DNA of 63,287 bases, filler included, from Octopus bimaculoides (lineage: Eukaryota): assembly GCF_001194135.2 (NCBI RefSeq). It is 6 parts of 5 records of this genome, joined end to end, with 100 filler letters (N's around TTAATTAATTAA, not from the genome) between each part and the next. Parts side by side here need not be neighbours in the genome. Positions count along the whole stretch, not along the records: positions 29,912 to 59,427 come from NC_068986.1; positions 59,528 to 63,287 come from NC_068981.1; 4 more parts are not named here. The stretch is one strand, 5' to 3'. Below are positions 50,934 to 63,250 of this stretch, piece after piece. The first letter of the stretch is position 1. Each line of letters opens with the position of its first letter. The notes beneath the pieces were generated by a model. It worked only from the letters and a program-made list of their open reading frames with translations, did not search any database and had not been told where the DNA came from. The position numbers and the translations under genes were made by a program.

Positions 50934-51465
50934 NNNNNNNNNNNNNNNNNNNNNNNNNNNNNNNNNNNNNNNNNNNNNNNNNNNNNNNNNNNNNNNNNNN
51001 NNNNNNNNNNNNNNNNNNNNNNNNNNNNNNNNNNNNNNNNNNNNNNNNNNNNNNNNNNNNNNNNNNNNNNNNNNNNNNNNNNNNNNNNNNNNNNNNNNNN
51101 NNNNNNNNNNNNNNNNNNNNNNNNNNNNNNNNNNNNNNNNNNNNNNNNNNNNNNNNNNNNNNNNNNNNNNNNNNNNNNNNNNNNNNNNNNNNNNNNNNNN
51201 NNNNNNNNNNNNNNNNNNNNNNNNNNNNNNNNNNNNNNNNNNNNNNNNNNNNNNNNNNNNNNNNNNNNNNNNNNNNNNNNNNNNNNNNNNNNNNNNNNNN
51301 NNNNNNNNNNNNNNNNNNNNNNNNNNNNNNNNNNNNNNNNNNNNNNNNNNNNNNNNNNNNNNNNNNNNNNNNNNNNNNNNNNNNNNNNNNNNNNNNNNNN
51401 NNNNNNNNNNNNNNNNNNNNNNNNNNNNNNNNNNNNNNNNNNNNNNNNNNNNNNNNNNNNNNNNN

Positions 51466-51496
<31 letters not shown>

Positions 51497-51509
51497 TATA
51501 AAGAAACAT

Positions 51510-51635
51510 CTGTATTAGTTTAACGCTCAGGAAGTGAGAAATTCTTTTACTTTTCCAGCCTACGCTCCTCGACAGAAAGGAACGCAGAAATAAACAGAGA
51601 GAGAAAATAGAAAAAGGTTTAGTGGCTAGCGATCT
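51510..51635 (-). mobile_element. Penelope-type terminal repeat with a variant hammerhead motif (51544-51579)
   Basis: Minus strand CTTT CTGTCGA G GAGC GTAG GCTG GAA AAGT A AAAG; homologous to 46700-46810 over more than 100 bp. Confidence 0.65.
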
Positions 51636-51668
51636 ATCATGACGCTAAATATGTGTACATATAGATAT

Positions 51669-51744
<76 letters not shown>

Positions 51745-51889
51745 GTAGGTAGGTAGGTAGATTAGATTTGATTGAACAGAAAGCGTGATGCATTCAAACA
51801 TACACATACATACACTCATACATACATAAATATAAACATACATACATACATACATGCATACATACATGCATGCACATCATTTCGGCAGC

Positions 51890-52790
51890 ATCTTTTAACC
51901 ACCACGTGCATCCCTTGACCAGGGATACTGGTAAGCCCGTAGCAGACTTTGTGGAGTTCACACTGAAGATATCACCCACATCGTCAGCAGTTGTCCGAAA
52001 ATGTCATCACAGTATTATCTACCAATGAGACATGACGTTTTAGCTAGGAATCTCTATATTGAAATCCGTTGGAAGGATAATCCCGATGCCAAAGAAATGA
52101 GAACCCACAATATCGTAGAAGCCATAGCCACTCATAATAAAAAGAATTAATGGTGGAATGTACTAGTGAAGACCTCAATAAAATGTAAGCTGAACAGTCC
52201 TGATATAATGATTCGGGATTTAGAAGAGAAACTGTGTACAGTTGAGGAAATTCGCGCCCCAGCGGATGTTAACATAAAGGTGAAGATCAGTGGAAAAGAG
52301 AACGCCAATGCTGAACTATTGAGAAATATGAAGCTACTCTATCCAGATTACAAGTTCACGTTTATACCTGTAACTATGGGGGCTCTGGGATATGTAACAC
52401 ACTGCCTAAATACCAGTGTTGAGAAATTAGGCTTCTCAGAACCACAAAGGACAAAGCTATATTCTAAGATTACAGATCCAATCCATCACTGGAACTGAAA
52501 AATCTGTAAAACTTTCCATAAGTTTATCATTTAATATATATATGAGCATGAATGGATATGCAACTATATGCATGATAATACATACATAAAACATACAAAT
52601 CTGCACATGCATACATACATATAAACATACATACATACATACATACATACATACATGCATATATACATACAAAAATACCCTGTTCTTGATGTTGAATTTC
52701 CAATGAAGGAGTTTGGGATCTAGGTTACAAACCGTCTGTTTCTCTATTGACAAGAAAGCTTGAAATATAACTGAATGACATCCATACATA
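51890..52790 (+). mobile_element. 5'-truncated R4/Dong-like non-LTR retrotransposon: zinc knuckle, restriction-like endonuclease and probable 3' UTR
   Basis: Translation SRLCGVHTEDITHIVSSCPKM (CCHC knuckle with the first Cys lost), RHD, then WWNVLVKTSIKCKLNSPDIMIRDLEEKLCTVEEI (PD..D/E-type RLE) and FIPVTMGALG; contains a frameshift and a stop. Confidence 0.85.
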
Positions 52791-53873
52791 TATACATACA
52801 TACATATTGTAAGAGAATGAAACGAAGCCCTGGAGAACAACAACACAATGGCGTACTATAGAACGCTGAGTATTTATACATATTAGCAGGCTGTTTTATT
52901 GGTTCTCGCTGGTTCTCGTTATGCTACTCTTTTTACCCATCTTCTTGATAAACTTTTGCATTAAGTCGTTGTTTGCTTTCTACCTCAGTAGCGAATTGCA
53001 TTAAATCTTCAATACATTAACCAAGTTTATAATTTCCGTATTATTTTCGTCTTACCTTATATTTTCTATATTCACATTGCGTTAATTTCTGTTATTTTAC
53101 TCTTAACGGTTCGGTTTACATTAGTAGGAAGAATATTTTTGAATGATGTGTATTTACTTTATGACACATGTTAATCTTTGAATTAGCGTGTATTTTGATT
53201 TGTAACATGAGAATATAATATTATCGCTGTTTGCACCAATATACTTAACTACCTGTCTAACTATCCATCAATTTATTCTATCTGCGTAACTAGCCATCAA
53301 TTAATTCTATCTGTCTACCTATCTACCTACATATGTATCTATTGATCTATTAACCTACATATCTATTTGTCTATCTCATTATGTATTTATCACTCCATCA
53401 AACTGTCACTCTCTCTGCGTGATTATCTCTCTATGCATGTATTCTATACATATACATATATGCGTGTATTTGTGTGTGTGTATATATATATATATATATN
53501 NNNNNNNNNNNNNNNNNNNNNNNNNNNNNNNNNNNNNNNNNNNNNNNNNNNNNNNNNNNNNNNNNNNNNNNNNNNNNNNNNNNNNNNNNNNNNNNNNNNN
53601 NNNNNNNNNNNNNNNNNNNNNNNNNNNNNNNNNNNNNNNNNNNNNNNNNNNNNNNNNNNNNNNNNNNNNNNNNNNNNNNNNNNNNNNNNNNNNNNNNNNN
53701 NNNNNNNNNNNNNNNNNNNNNNNNNNNNNNNNNNNNNNNNNNNNNNNNNNNNNNNNNNNNNNNNNNNNNNNNNNNNNNNNNNNNNNNNNNNNNNNNNNNN
53801 NNNNNNNNNNNNNNNNNNNNNNNNNNNNNNNNNNNNNNNATATATATATATATATATATATATACATACATTT

Positions 53874-54200
53874 AGGAACAGGCGTAGCTGTGTGGTAAGA
53901 AGCTTGCTTCCCAACCATATGGTTCCGGATTCAATCCTACTGCATGCCACCGGCAAGTGGCTTCTAGTATAGTCTCAAGCTTTGTGAGTGGATTAGTAGA
54001 CGGAAACTGAAAGAAACCCGTTGTATATATGTATATATATTTATATATGCTTCTGTGTCCTTGTGTATCCCTCACCATCGCTTCATAACCGATGTTGGTT
54101 AGTATACGGTCCTGTGACTAAGCGGTTTGGCATAAGTGACCGATACAAGGAGTACTAAACTTACACAGAATTAGTACTGGGGTCGATGTCTCCGACTGAA
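53874..54200 (+). mobile_element. SINE family A, diverged, with a deletion in the CORE region
   Basis: GGCGTAGCTGTGTGGTAAGAAGCTTGCTTCCCAACCATATGGTTCCGGATTCAATCC...GTGAGTGGATTAGTAGACGGAAACTGAAAGAA. Confidence 0.88.
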
Positions 54201-54263
54201 ACTAGTAGAAGAATAAATGAATATATATACATTTATAAATGCATAACATATACCTGTGTGCGT

Positions 54264-54319
<56 letters not shown>

Positions 54320-55319
54320 ATGACTCTGTTGACCTGAGCATATACACTTACACACATAAGCATATATACGCATACCGGCATCTACATAAATACATACATC
54401 TACATATATTTACCACTTTAAATATATCCAATAACATTTCGTTTATTCAAAAACTACCTGAATATTGAATATTCACTAACGTACTTATGCACCAGTTTAT
54501 AAATTCTGGGAAGAAAATGTGAAACTGTTCTTCAAAAAAATACGGGTAAGTGTAATTAACTTTAAAGTTCATTAAATATAATTAAAGATGTTGACGTCTA
54601 GACAGATATTTATCATCTTCGATTTTGTTATATATTTCATATATGTCGCTTTTGTTTTTATTGTATACTGTTTAGCAATTTTGTTCGTTAGTTTTGTTTT
54701 CTGTGTTAGTTATTACTTTTGACCTTATCTTATTTCTTTTCCTTCCAATCAATTACGATGTTATACTTTCCTATTTTACATTTCTATGGTCAACATCGGT
54801 TTCTTCGTGGTTAATGATGCATTGCCTCAGTTTTGGAGGACCGCGTTGGAGTCTTCAATCTCCCGCCGTTCTATATTTGTATAAGTCCTCGAATTTCCAC
54901 TTGATCTGGGATCGGTAGTTACACAGAGGCAACGCATCATTCAAATATTTCAATAATGTTTTTTTTTTAATCTTAATTTTAAACACGCACTGAATAATCT
55001 TTATCTTCAATATATTATAACCAAGATCAACTTATACAACATGTGTGCATACTCACAGACATGCATGCACATATTGTATGTGTGCGTGTCCATACATATA
55101 TACACGCATACCAAGTTCAAATTGTACGACATATAATACATACACTCATATACACATATTCAAACACATGCACACATGCACACATCATATGTGTGCGCGT
55201 GTACATACTGATATACACGCATGTGTATATACATACATGTGTAAATTCAAACACACACACACAGAACGCCATACACGTTCATCTGTAGATTATTGACTAC
55301 GTTTAAGCCAATATTGGTC

Positions 55320-55852
55320 TCAAACTGTGGCACAAGCCAACAAGTTCGATACACAGTACTTAACTGATATTTATTCTATCGACAGGATGAAGGATAAATT
55401 CAACCTCGTGGGATTTGAACTCTAAACGTAAAGGCGGACGAAATGCTGTGTGGCATTTTGGCCGGCGCGGTAATGATTCTACCAGCTCGCCTTCTTATAC
55501 TACACTCAATATTAGTATCAAATTTTGGCTCCAGACCGGAATGGGTACGGCAATTACATCAACTTAAGGCAAGACCAGAATCGGTAAGGCAATTACAGAA
55601 TGGGTAAGGCAATTACATCGACCTAAGGCAAGACCAGAATTGGTAAGGCAATTACATCGACCTCACTGCCTAACCCCGAGAGATGAAAGGCAAAGTTAAA
55701 CTCGGTTCAACTGGTTTTCATTTTATCGATCACGAACAGAATAAAAGTCAAAGTCAACTGCGGTGGAATTTGAACTCATAATGCAAAGACAGACGAAATG
55801 CCACTAAGCATTCTGCTTGGTGTGCTAACGATTCTGCCATCTCCCCGCCTTA
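55320..55852 (-). mobile_element. Two tandem degenerate SINE family B copies; the second contains a ~39-bp minisatellite (55532-55663)
   Basis: Heads end at CCAGCTCGCC (55491) and CTCCCCGCCTTA (55852); the unit AGACCAGAAT.GGTAAGGCAATTACATCGACCTAAGGCA is repeated about 3.5 times. Confidence 0.8.
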
Positions 55853-57889
55853 AGCTTACCTCAATGTTAAAACATATATTATCGCATTTCCATGTTTCTT
55901 AAAAATCTACTTATTTTTATTGACTACTTTTCCGCGTAGGAATTGACTTACATTTGTTCTATCTTGAAAGTAGCTACACTAATATTTCAAGTGAAAGAGA
56001 ACCTTTTTTTTTTCTACTGGAGAAAAGGGGCTTGTTTAGTATCACAATTCAAGGTAATTATAACTGACGAGATACAATGTCATGCCGAAAGACGAGCGTG
56101 TAGTGTTTCACTTGCACTGATGAGGCGAGCATGGTATGAGCGTATTGTCGATAAAAGGAGTTGTCTTTCTGTGATGTACCCAAAAGTGACTACCATATTC
56201 TATTAAAATATGCTAGAATGATATATTTTGGAGCAAATATTTACCTAAACCTAAGGCCGTAAATATCTGCCTTATTTTTAGACGTTATAGCTACAGGCAT
56301 TTCAAGAAGGAGCATATTAACATGTAGACTTCATATGTTAGTCTCAGCCAACCTAAAACAAGCTTAAATAAAACTCCATAATATACTATAGCAACACACT
56401 GAAAGTATGCGGCATGCAATAGCCGATATCTGTTTGTCAAAGGTATAAGAGAACGCTGTTGAATAAATTTTCTTAGCAATAATATTATTTTCCATGTATG
56501 GAACAGAACTTCTACCTTATATATTCTGGATTTCGTGATCCCATCCTTACCAGGTGTTGTAATTTTGATAACGCGCTGTTTTCTTAAAATATAACCATTG
56601 TTTAATAAGCTTCTATGGAAGAGACCAAGTATTTTAAAATCAGTTTGAAAAGCCAGCGCATATGACAGCTGATGTTAAGTACCATCGTATAAATAAATGT
56701 GGCATTTTGGAGAAAAATGTTTCAGTATTACACCTAAAAACAGTAAGAATTCTCGTAGATAGTAACATTTTAATATGTCCTGTCTATCACAGCTAAGTCG
56801 ACGTTAAACAATAACAACTACAAAATTCAGTAGCTAATTATGGTTAAAAATCGATAACCTAGATACATACTCTCGGGACATGGTTATTTACTTACATATT
56901 TAACATTAGTGATATTTACGGTTGACATTTTAATTATTTTCTGTATTTGTGTCTATTCAAGGTTTTGCTCAAATGAATGACAAGATAAATATCTATTTCT
57001 ACCTCTGTAGTGATAGAGACAAACCGTTGATCGATTTATCGATCTCACTTGTGGCAATTGATATTTAAGCAGTGATATCAACAGCAGGGGAATGGAGGTG
57101 GATTTTGGCCGTATATTCTATTTGTATTGACTTTAGATAGATACATGAAGTAACCACCTTGAGAATTGAAACTTGATTGTCCACAATGATAGACTAAACT
57201 AGATTGCAGTACACGAACAATATGTTCTGCATTTAGGATATATTACGTATAGTCCGGCTTAGAAAAAATTGATGCATTTACCATATATGGAGATCGGGAT
57301 ATTCTGTAGCCTAAAAACTGTTATGAAAATATCTGTTATAAAACTGAAAACATATAACAGAGGAGACACATATATCAAACGAGACAAATATGAGGAAATC
57401 AAAATCAAATCAACAAACATAAAACAAACACAAAGGAAACTTAAAATATAGAGGACACTAAAGATATATATCTGAAGACAATTAGAATCATAAAGGTAAT
57501 ATCGTTATGATAATACCAGTACTGATCAGCAAAGACGTTGCTCGCTGAGTTTCTAAAAAGAACTAGTAGCTTGTTTAGAGTCAAAGATCTGGTTACTTCT
57601 AGACATCTAGACTGAGATGTCTAGATTTTCTTTCATCAATAACATGCTAGCGTGATGACCCTGTCGCCGTAAAAGGAGGTATTTGCTCTATGACACACTC
57701 ATGTACTACTAGCATATTTGAATTGGAATATGCCAGAACATAATAAGGATAAATATGTAAATCATCGTTTCAGATCTCCCTGTACACAGTGCAAATAACG
57801 TTTTTTTTTTTTTATCAGCTGGAAGATACCAGTGCTGATCAGCAAACAGTTTTGTTTCCTGAGGTTGTTAAGTCTCACTGGTTCGTGAA

Positions 57890-57938
57890 GATGTGGCTGA
57901 AGAGACACAACATATCGAAACACTGGTGTCTAGAATCC
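57890..57938 (+). ncRNA. Hammerhead-like motif with intact core and GUC site but decayed stems I and II
   Basis: CUGAAGA GACAC AAC AUAUC GAA ACACUGGUGU C; stem III ACACUGGUGU is self-complementary with two G:U pairs. Confidence 0.55.
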
Positions 57939-58738
57939 ATTGCATCGATGAGTCGAGTTTATGAACACTTTGTCGTATAAGTGAAGTGGTGAGGAAGACA
58001 GAAGCGATTGGTTTATTTGCGTTCAAAAATGATCTGCGTTTAAAAATTATGTTAGCAAAATATCGATTGAGACCTTGCTGTCCTCAATGAAAATAAGCAT
58101 TGTCTTAATTTTGTCATAATACTTTCTAATTTCATTGTGTAACGATATCAATAAAAGTTGTTAAATTTGCCGATAAGAACCTTTTTGATTGAAGAAGCTA
58201 ACGAGAAAAGAAATATTGCATTTAATGTACAGACTTTGAAATGAAGATGCATCATTTTATTGTATTTTAAATGACACCGGGAACACGTGGTTTGCTACAG
58301 AAAGTAACAAACATGTAAAATGAAACGGAATGAAACTACGAACGGTAGAATGTGACATTTCAGGGAAACAATAAGTCACTATACAACAGACCTATCTGTG
58401 GCAATCTAGTGAAGGATTAAATGAAATGTATTACGATAAAAAATAGAAGGCACAAGATCCCACGCATCACAGAAATTACAGAAATAACAAAAAAAATAAT
58501 AGTTTTGTCCTTCTGAGATGTGCATGATCGAAGATATACTTCAACACATATACAGGGAAGAATACCTTTCGTTCGATGTCCAACTTCAATGGTCGATAAT
58601 ATATATTTAAAATTTATATATAGGTATCATCTAAATAGAAAGTCATGGAAATTCTGATAATCAGAATTTAGGGGCTGCAAACAAGCAATTTCCATAATAT
58701 TACGATAATAAGGGCTTTTAGGACCATGATAAATATCC

Positions 58739-58815
<77 letters not shown>

Positions 58816-60449
58816 CGTATATATGTATGCATGTATATATATGGGTCTGAATAGAAGAAAAAATAATGATGATAATTGCTTTATTTACTATCTGTGTAAG
58901 ATCAATAATATACGGTAAACAGAATATTATATAATAAATCAAATCGAAATAACTGCGTATAATTGGTTTGCATGTGGATGTAAATATATAACGTATACTG
59001 AATATAATATTCAATAAGAGAATGAATAAATGAAAATATATTAAAAAGAAACGTATTTGAAGGATGCGTAAGGTAGAAATTTAATATCTATCTTCCCATC
59101 AGCTAGAAATAAATATATTATATAGTAGAAAGATATTTCTTTCCAAAGGTTATCATAAGATCCACCCACTATTCACCAATAACAAGCCAGTGTACCACGT
59201 TGATTCATATTTATTTTTGTAGTGAGGCTAGTTATCTTTTTCAAAGACGTAATGCCTGGATCTAAAGAGAGTCAATCTGACCCAAAACGTTTGGATACTT
59301 TTTGAGCAAGAAATTCTATAAAAACATAAAATACGAACGGATAAAAGCAAGCAAAAAAAAAAAAACTGTACGGAAATGGCAGATACAAATGTACACATTA
59401 ACGCAAAATATTGCCATAAAAAAAAGANNNNNNNNNNNNNNNNNNNNNNNNNNNNNNNNNNNNNNNNNNNNTTAATTAATTAANNNNNNNNNNNNNNNNN
59501 NNNNNNNNNNNNNNNNNNNNNNNNNNNTATATATATATGTATGTACGTATGTATGTACGTATGTATACGTGCATATATATATATATATATACATGTAACG
59601 CAAGGCTGTTTTATGAAATACTGCAGGCGAAGCGTTAATTATCTTCACAACATGTAAGTATATATGAACATTATTAGGAAGTTGGAACAAATTCCCCAGA
59701 GTGAAAGTCGTATGTCAAGTTATTTACATATGGAACTATTCTGCTTTGTGATTTGTTTAACACCTGAAAATTGGAGACTGCAAAACGTATCTGTGCGCAT
59801 GTGCAGAAGCAATGTGTTCGTATGTGTGTTTGTTTATGTATACATACTTGTATAAATGTGTGTGGGTGTTAGAGTGAGTGCGTGTGTGTGTGTGTGTGTG
59901 AGCGCGCAAGCGAACGTAAATATGTGTGTGTTTGAATATGTGTGTTTATGTTTGCGCGCGCGCGCGCGTTTGTATGACTGTATACTTGTAAGTTTGTGAA
60001 TACATTTGCGCTTGAGTTATGGAATGTACACGAGAAACTGACGGAGGGTGAGACAAGATGAGAGAAGATATGTATATATATATATATATNNNNNNNNNNN
60101 NNNNNNNNNNNNNNNNNNNNNNNNNNNNNNNNNNNNNNNNNNNNNNNNNNNNNNNNNNNNNNNNNNNNNNNNNNNNNNNNNNNNNNNNNNNNNNNNNNNN
60201 NNNNNNNNNNNNNNNNNNNNNNNNNNNNNNNNNNNNNNNNNNNNNNNNNNNNNNNNNNNNNNNNNNNNNNNNNNNNNNNNNNNNNNNNNNNNNNNNNNNN
60301 NNNNNNNNNNNNNNNNNNNNNNNNNNNNNNNNNNNNNNNNNNNNNNNNNNNNNNNNNNNNNNNNNNNNNNNNNNNNNNNNNNNNNNNNNNNNNNNNNNNN
60401 NNNNNNNNNNNNNNNNNNNNNNNNNNNNNNNNNNNNNNNNNNNNNNNNN

Positions 60450-60491
<42 letters not shown>

Positions 60492-60564
60492 GCATCAGAC
60501 TTTCGAATGACGCCACCTCGCAGGCCAACAAATGCCCTGATTGTCAGTCTGTCGAAAGATTACT

Positions 60565-60685
60565 ATTTTACAGCTGAGCTAACCGGACCAACGTGAAATG
60601 AAGAGTTTTGCTCAAGAATACAATGATTTACCGGGTCTCGGAACTGAAATCAGGATCGTGGGATAGTGAGCGCAACACCTTAGTT
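60565..60685 (-). mobile_element. Degenerate tRNA-derived, CORE-like SINE, apparently a fourth family
   Basis: Minus strand ...CCTGATTTCAGTTCCGAGACC (B-box-like)...TTCTTGAGCAAAACTCTTCATTTCACGTTGG (CORE-like). Confidence 0.45.
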
Positions 60686-61173
60686 ATTATACCCTGTATA
60701 GAGCGGGAAGTGCTGTAGTGCAAATGAAAGCTCAATATACTTATGTAGACTGTATATGTTTATTAGTGGGAAAAGATAATACGAGGAGTTTCTCCTTTTC
60801 AGGGGATCCGGTAAAGATATAGTGAGACATGCATACAAGTTCTATGTGAGCGCGCGCGCGTGTGTGTGTGTGTATGTGTGTGTGTGTGTGTGTGTGTGTC
60901 TGTGTGTGTGTGTGTCTGTGTGTGTGTGTGTGTGTGTCTGTATGTGAGCATTTATACTGCTAGCACCGAGGAAATTATATAAACATAAGAATATATGTGT
61001 GTGTGTGTGTATGTGCGTGTGCATTTGCCTGATGAATATTCATAAGTGAGGAAAATAGCCCACTCAATATAAAATAGATTGGTTATAGCGTTATACATAC
61101 ATACATACATACATACATATATTCATACATACATACATGCATACATACATGCATGCATACATACATACATACA

Positions 61174-61209
<36 letters not shown>

Positions 61210-61605
61210 GGCGCAGGCGTGGCTGTGTAGTAAAAAGCTTGCTTTTCAACCACATGGTTCCAGGTTCAGTTCCACTGCGTGGCCCCTTGCGCAAGTGTCC
61301 CCTCGTATACCCTCGGTGTCTTCTACTGAAGCCTTGTGAGTGGATTTGGTAGACGGAAATTGAAAAAAACGCGTCGTGTATATGTGTGTGTATGTGTGTG
61401 TGCGTGTGTGTGTGTGTGTGTGTCTGTCTGTGTGTGTATGTGTGTGTGTATGTGTGTGTGTTCGTGGGTATGTGTATGTGTGTACGTCTCCGTAACCTAG
61501 CGGTTCGGCAAAAGGGGAAGCTGAATAAATACCACGCTTAAAATAAAAACAGGTCTTGGAGTTCATCTATTCGACTAAAACTTTTTCAATGTGGTGCCCC
61601 AGCAT
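61210..61605 (+). mobile_element. SINE family A, older variant, lacking the last ~40 nt
   Basis: GGCGCAGGCGTGGCTGTGTAG head through ...TTTTTCAATGTGGTGCCCCAGCAT. Confidence 0.9.
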
Positions 61606-62354
61606 AACCACATGGTTCCAGGTTCAGTCCCACTGCGTGGCACCTTGGGCAAGTGTCTTCTACTATAGCCTCGGGCCGACCAAAGTCTTGTGAGTGGATT
61701 TGGTAGACGGAAACTGAAAGAAGCCCGTCGTATATNNNNNNNNNNNNNNNNNNNNNNNNNNNNNNNNNNNNNNNNNNNNNNNNNNNNNNNNNNNNNNNNN
61801 NNNNNNNNNNNNNNNNNNNNNNNNNNNNNNNNNNNNNNNNNNNNNNNNNNNNNNNNNNNNNNNNNNNNNNNNNNNNNNNNNNNNNNNNNNNNNNNNNNNN
61901 NNNNNNNNNNNNNNNNNNNNNNNNNNNNNNNNNNNNNNNNNNNNNNNNNNNNNNNNNNNNNNNNNNNNNNNNNNNNNNNNNNNNNNNNNNNNNNNNNNNN
62001 NNNNNNNNNNNNNNNNNNNNNNNNNNNNNNNNNNNNNNNNNNNNNNNNNNNNNNNNNNNNNNNNNNNNNNNNNNNNNNNNNNNNNNNNNNNNNNNNNNNN
62101 NNNNNNNNNNNNNNNNNNNNNNNNNNNNNNNNNNNNNNNNNNNNNNNNNNNNNNNNNNNNNNTGTCCCCCCACCATCGCTTGACATCCGATGGTGGTGTG
62201 TTTACGTCCCCGTAACTTAGCGGTTCGGCAAAAGAGACCGATAGAATAAGTACTAGGCTTCCAAAGAATAAGTCCTGGGGTCGATTTGCTCGATTAAAGG
62301 CGGTGCCCCAGCATGGCCGCAGTCAAATGACTGAAGCAAGTAAAAGAATAAAAG
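61606..62354 (+). mobile_element. SINE family A, 5'-truncated (no A box), spanning a gap at its internal microsatellite
   Basis: Starts AACCACATGGTTCCAGGTTCAGTCCC and ends GGCCGCAGTCAAATGACTGAAGCAAGTAAAAGAATAAAAG. Confidence 0.92.
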
Positions 62355-62388
62355 AGTATATGTCTCTTATCTTTTCTTTTACGTGTTT

Positions 62389-62427
<39 letters not shown>

Positions 62428-62924
62428 ACACACGCGCACACACGTATACACACATACACGTAGGCATACGTATAGATCAGCGCACAGTCGGGTTACACTC
62501 ACTCTCACTCATTTATACATATATCATACTCATAAACAAACACGCATCCATTAAATGTACGTGCTTGCCTACACGTATATATACATACCTATAAGCAAAT
62601 ATGCACGTAAGATGTATAAATACATGTATACACGTATATATAATCATGCCATAAGCATTCTTGCACGTACACATAATTATGCATGAACACACACACATAG
62701 ACATATACAAACAAGCATGCATGCACGCGCGCACATACAGAATCCTATAAAGAATATATAAGAAACCCCCTCCCCCAAACACATATGCACGTACAAAATA
62801 CCTCTCTATAAACGCACAACATATTTAACCTTTCGTGTGCTCACACATACATACACGCGCAAACGCACGCTAACACATAAACACATACACAGATAAATGC
62901 TTATATCTATATACATAAATATGT

Positions 62925-63135
62925 TCTTTTATACGCACAAGGCCCAAAATTTTTGGGGAGTGGGCCAGTCGATTAGATCGACACTAGTACGCAGCTGGTA
63001 CTTAATTTATCGACCCCCGAAAGGATGAAAGGCAAAGTCAACCTCGGCGGAATTTGAACTCAGAACGTAAAGACAGACGAAATACTGCTAAACATTTCGC
63101 CCGGCGTGCTAACGTTTCTGCCAGCTCGCTGCCTT
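62925..63135 (-). mobile_element. SINE family B, tail type 1, near consensus
   Basis: CACAAGGCCCAAAATTTT...GAAAGGATGAAAGGCAAAGTCAACCTCGGCGGAATTTGAACTCAGAACG...CCAGCTCGCTGCC. Confidence 0.93.
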
Positions 63136-63147
63136 ATATACATAAAT

Positions 63148-63250
63148 ATATTTATTTCTTCATTGCCCACAGGGGGTTAAATATAGAGGGAGCAAACAAG
63201 GGACAAACAAAGGGATAAAGTCGATTAGAGCGACCCCAGCTCGCAGCCTT
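63148..63250 (-). mobile_element. SINE family B, tail type 2, with the whole middle deleted
   Basis: Tail type 2 sequence is joined at CCAG (63236-63239) directly to the head CTCGCAGCCTT. Confidence 0.75.
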
